From assembly GCA_029838195.1 (NCBI GenBank), contig JALGVJ010000007.1:64001-128000 (forward strand): 64,000 bases of DNA, read 5' to 3'. This document shows positions 62,378-64,000 of this stretch, in pieces. Position 1 is the first letter of the stretch, and the number at the start of each line of letters is the position of its first letter. A program made the translations under genes and the position numbers. The DNA is from Promethearchaeota archaeon (GTDB lineage Archaea; Asgardarchaeota; Lokiarchaeia; Sigyniarchaeales; SOKP01). The notes under the pieces are model-generated. The model ran no database searches. It saw only the letters and a program-made list of their open reading frames with translations, and was not told the DNA's origin.

Positions 62378-62561
62378 TTCGAATCTTTAACTTCTTTTTC
62401 AGACGCGAAAGAGAATAATACCCATGAAGCCCTTCTTATAGAGATAAATATTCATTAATAATAGCTCAATGGGCGTTCTTTAGCTCTCAATTATCAAGTA
62501 TTTATTTAAGGCAATTATTGCACTCATTTTTAAATAGGAATCTTTCATTGATTGAATAGAA

Positions 62562-63374
62562 ATGATGGATTTAACAGAAGAACAAATAGAACGATATTCT
62601 CGACAAATCGTTTTAAAAGAAATGGGAGGCATCGGCCAAGAAAAGCTATTAAATTCGAAAATAGCATTAGTCGGGTTAGGCGCATTAGGTTCTCCCGCCG
62701 CGTACTATTTAGCCGCTACGGGCATCGGGAAATTAAAAATTATCGATTACGATAAAGTAGAACGATCAAATCTTCACCGTCAAATTTTACATTTTACAGA
62801 AAACATTAATGAGAAAAAAACTCTTAGTGCTTCAAAAAAGCTAAAAAAATTAAATCCCGATTGTGAAATTGAAATTGTGAATGAGCAATTATTGCCTCAT
62901 AATGTAAAAGAAATCATCAAGGAGGCGGATTTCGTTATCGAGGGGTCTGATAATTTACCTACAAAAATGTTAATTAATGATGCATGCGTGAATTTGAACA
63001 AACCATTCACGATCGCAGGGGTATTACGCTTTCATGGCCAGATAATGACAGTGGTACCCGAAAGAAAAACAAGTTGTTATAGATGCGTGTTTGGAGATAT
63101 ATCGGGAGACAATTTCGGTTTATCATGTTCTCAAGCAGGAGTTATTGGATTAGTACCGGCAATCCTTGGAAGCATAGAAGCTATGGAAGCTATTAAATAT
63201 CTCTTGGATATCGGAGATCTAATCATAAATAAAATTCTTTATGTGGATCTGTTAAAAGTAAGCTTTAATTTTATTGATATTTATCGAAACGATAATTGTA
63301 TTGCGTGTGGTATTAAAGCCAAAGATCTAGTTTCAATTAAAAATTATGGATTTGATGAAGCATGCCGGTTATAA
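62562..63374 (+). CDS. moeB: MoeB/ThiF (E1-like) adenylyltransferase
   Basis: ERYSRQ, GLGALG, SNLHRQ, CYRC / CIAC Zn sites, SCSQAG. Confidence 0.92.
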   Translation: MMDLTEEQIERYSRQIVLKEMGGIGQEKLLNSKIALVGLGALGSPAAYYLAATGIGKLKIIDYDKVERSNLHRQILHFTENINEKKTLSASKKLKKLNPDCEIEIVNEQLLPHNVKEIIKEADFVIEGSDNLPTKMLINDACVNLNKPFTIAGVLRFHGQIMTVVPERKTSCYRCVFGDISGDNFGLSCSQAGVIGLVPAILGSIEAMEAIKYLLDIGDLIINKILYVDLLKVSFNFIDIYRNDNCIACGIKAKDLVSIKNYGFDEACRL

Positions 63375-63634
63375 AAGAAGAAATCGAAAAGGAATCAAGA
63401 TCTAATAAGATAATCGATATTAGAGGAAAAATTTGCCCTTTAACATTTGTATACACGAAACTTGCGTTAGAAAAGATGGAAAAAGGAGATATACTTGAAG
63501 TAATTCTCGATTTTCCCCCTGCTCTTAAAAATATACCAAATAGTTGCATGCGACAAGATTTAGCAGAATTAATCGAAATAAAAAAACTAAATTCTGATGA
63601 TAAGACTTGGAAATTAATTTTAAAAAAGCTTTAA
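63362..63634 (+). CDS. tusA: TusA/SirA family sulfur carrier
   Basis: DIRGKICPLTFV...GDILEVILD; overlaps the moeB stop. Confidence 0.88.
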   Translation: MPVIKEEIEKESRSNKIIDIRGKICPLTFVYTKLALEKMEKGDILEVILDFPPALKNIPNSCMRQDLAELIEIKKLNSDDKTWKLILKKL

Positions 63635-63721
63635 TTCACGAGTATCAATAATTTGTAATCAATCCATTTTTATACATCATGAAATTACTAAAAATAATAA
63701 TTAGAAGAAGAAGGTGAAATA

Positions 63722-64000
63722 ATGCCAGAATTCGTGCATTGTTTAAAATGTGGTTCGAGATTAGGAGAAAAAGAACAAGAATACATGACCTATTGTTCTG
63801 AATGCGTCTTGAATTTGAATTTTCAAGTCACGGATTTAGATATGAGCAGAATGAGTGAAAATTTGCAAAAAATTTTGGACTTCTTCATCTCGGATGTGAA
63901 CTCCGCATTTAACAAGGATCCAGCAGCTATTTCTTTATTGGAAGTGCTAACGTGCTATCCGGGAATAAAAGCTGTTCTTATCTATCGCATTAGCCATTTT
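63722..64000 (+). CDS. cysE: Serine O-acetyltransferase with N-terminal Zn-ribbon-like extension (partial)
   Basis: Not in the ORF track. Manual translation: MPEFVHCLKCGSRLGEKEQEYMTYCSEC...SDVNSAFNKDPAAISLLEVLTCYPGIKAVLIYRISHF. DPAA..EVL.CYPG..A...R..H is the CysE N-domain; GAAGGTGA RBS upstream. Confidence 0.85.
   Translation, partial: MPEFVHCLKCGSRLGEKEQEYMTYCSECVLNLNFQVTDLDMSRMSENLQKILDFFISDVNSAFNKDPAAISLLEVLTCYPGIKAVLIYRISHF

Noticed and set aside
101-63549. Numerous 60-130 aa ORFs overlapping or antisense to long genes (e.g. 2575..2928, 13743..14033, 18003..18395, 31428..31736, 62552..62755)
   Set aside because: They lie within well-supported genes and lack motifs or RBS.
1-64000. Selenocysteine/pyrrolysine read-through genes (known in some Asgard archaea)
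   Set aside because: The recognised redox proteins are full-length, with no in-frame TGA/TAG at catalytic positions.

Overview
AT-rich (roughly 30-33% GC by eye) archaeal chromosome segment, most likely an Asgard archaeon (Lokiarchaeia-like). The assignment rests on a eukaryote-type actin homologue, an archaeal AOR, type IA topoisomerase, Bat-type HTH, split MgtE plus PhoU/TrkA-C, and paralogous GPH-MFS transporters. From left to right: (1) a bacterial-type phosphorylative L-rhamnose locus (rhaB, rhaA, AOR, class II aldolase, divergent sugar MFS); (2) an O2/ROS defence group (flavodiiron FprA, desulfoferrodoxin, orphan encapsulated-ferritin-like protein); (3) GH78, GH20 and GH106 glycosidases, a PiT/DUF47 phosphate operon and an amidase; (4) a PAS histidine kinase and topoisomerase IA; (5) an ~11 kb integrase-free island of amide/peptide hydrolases bracketed by ~255 bp direct repeats of the 3' end of a small winged-helix-like gene; (6) a divergent actin-related protein with substituted catalytic residues and, ~6 kb away, a coiled-coil / Pro-repeat / WH2-like protein whose architecture recalls WASP/VASP-type actin regulators (the most exciting candidate); (7) a 3x49 bp tandem repeat; (8) housekeeping genes ending in moeB-tusA and a Zn-ribbon-extended cysE cut by the window edge. 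No rRNA, tRNA, CRISPR, integrase or transposase was recognised. All family calls come from motif recognition, not database searches.
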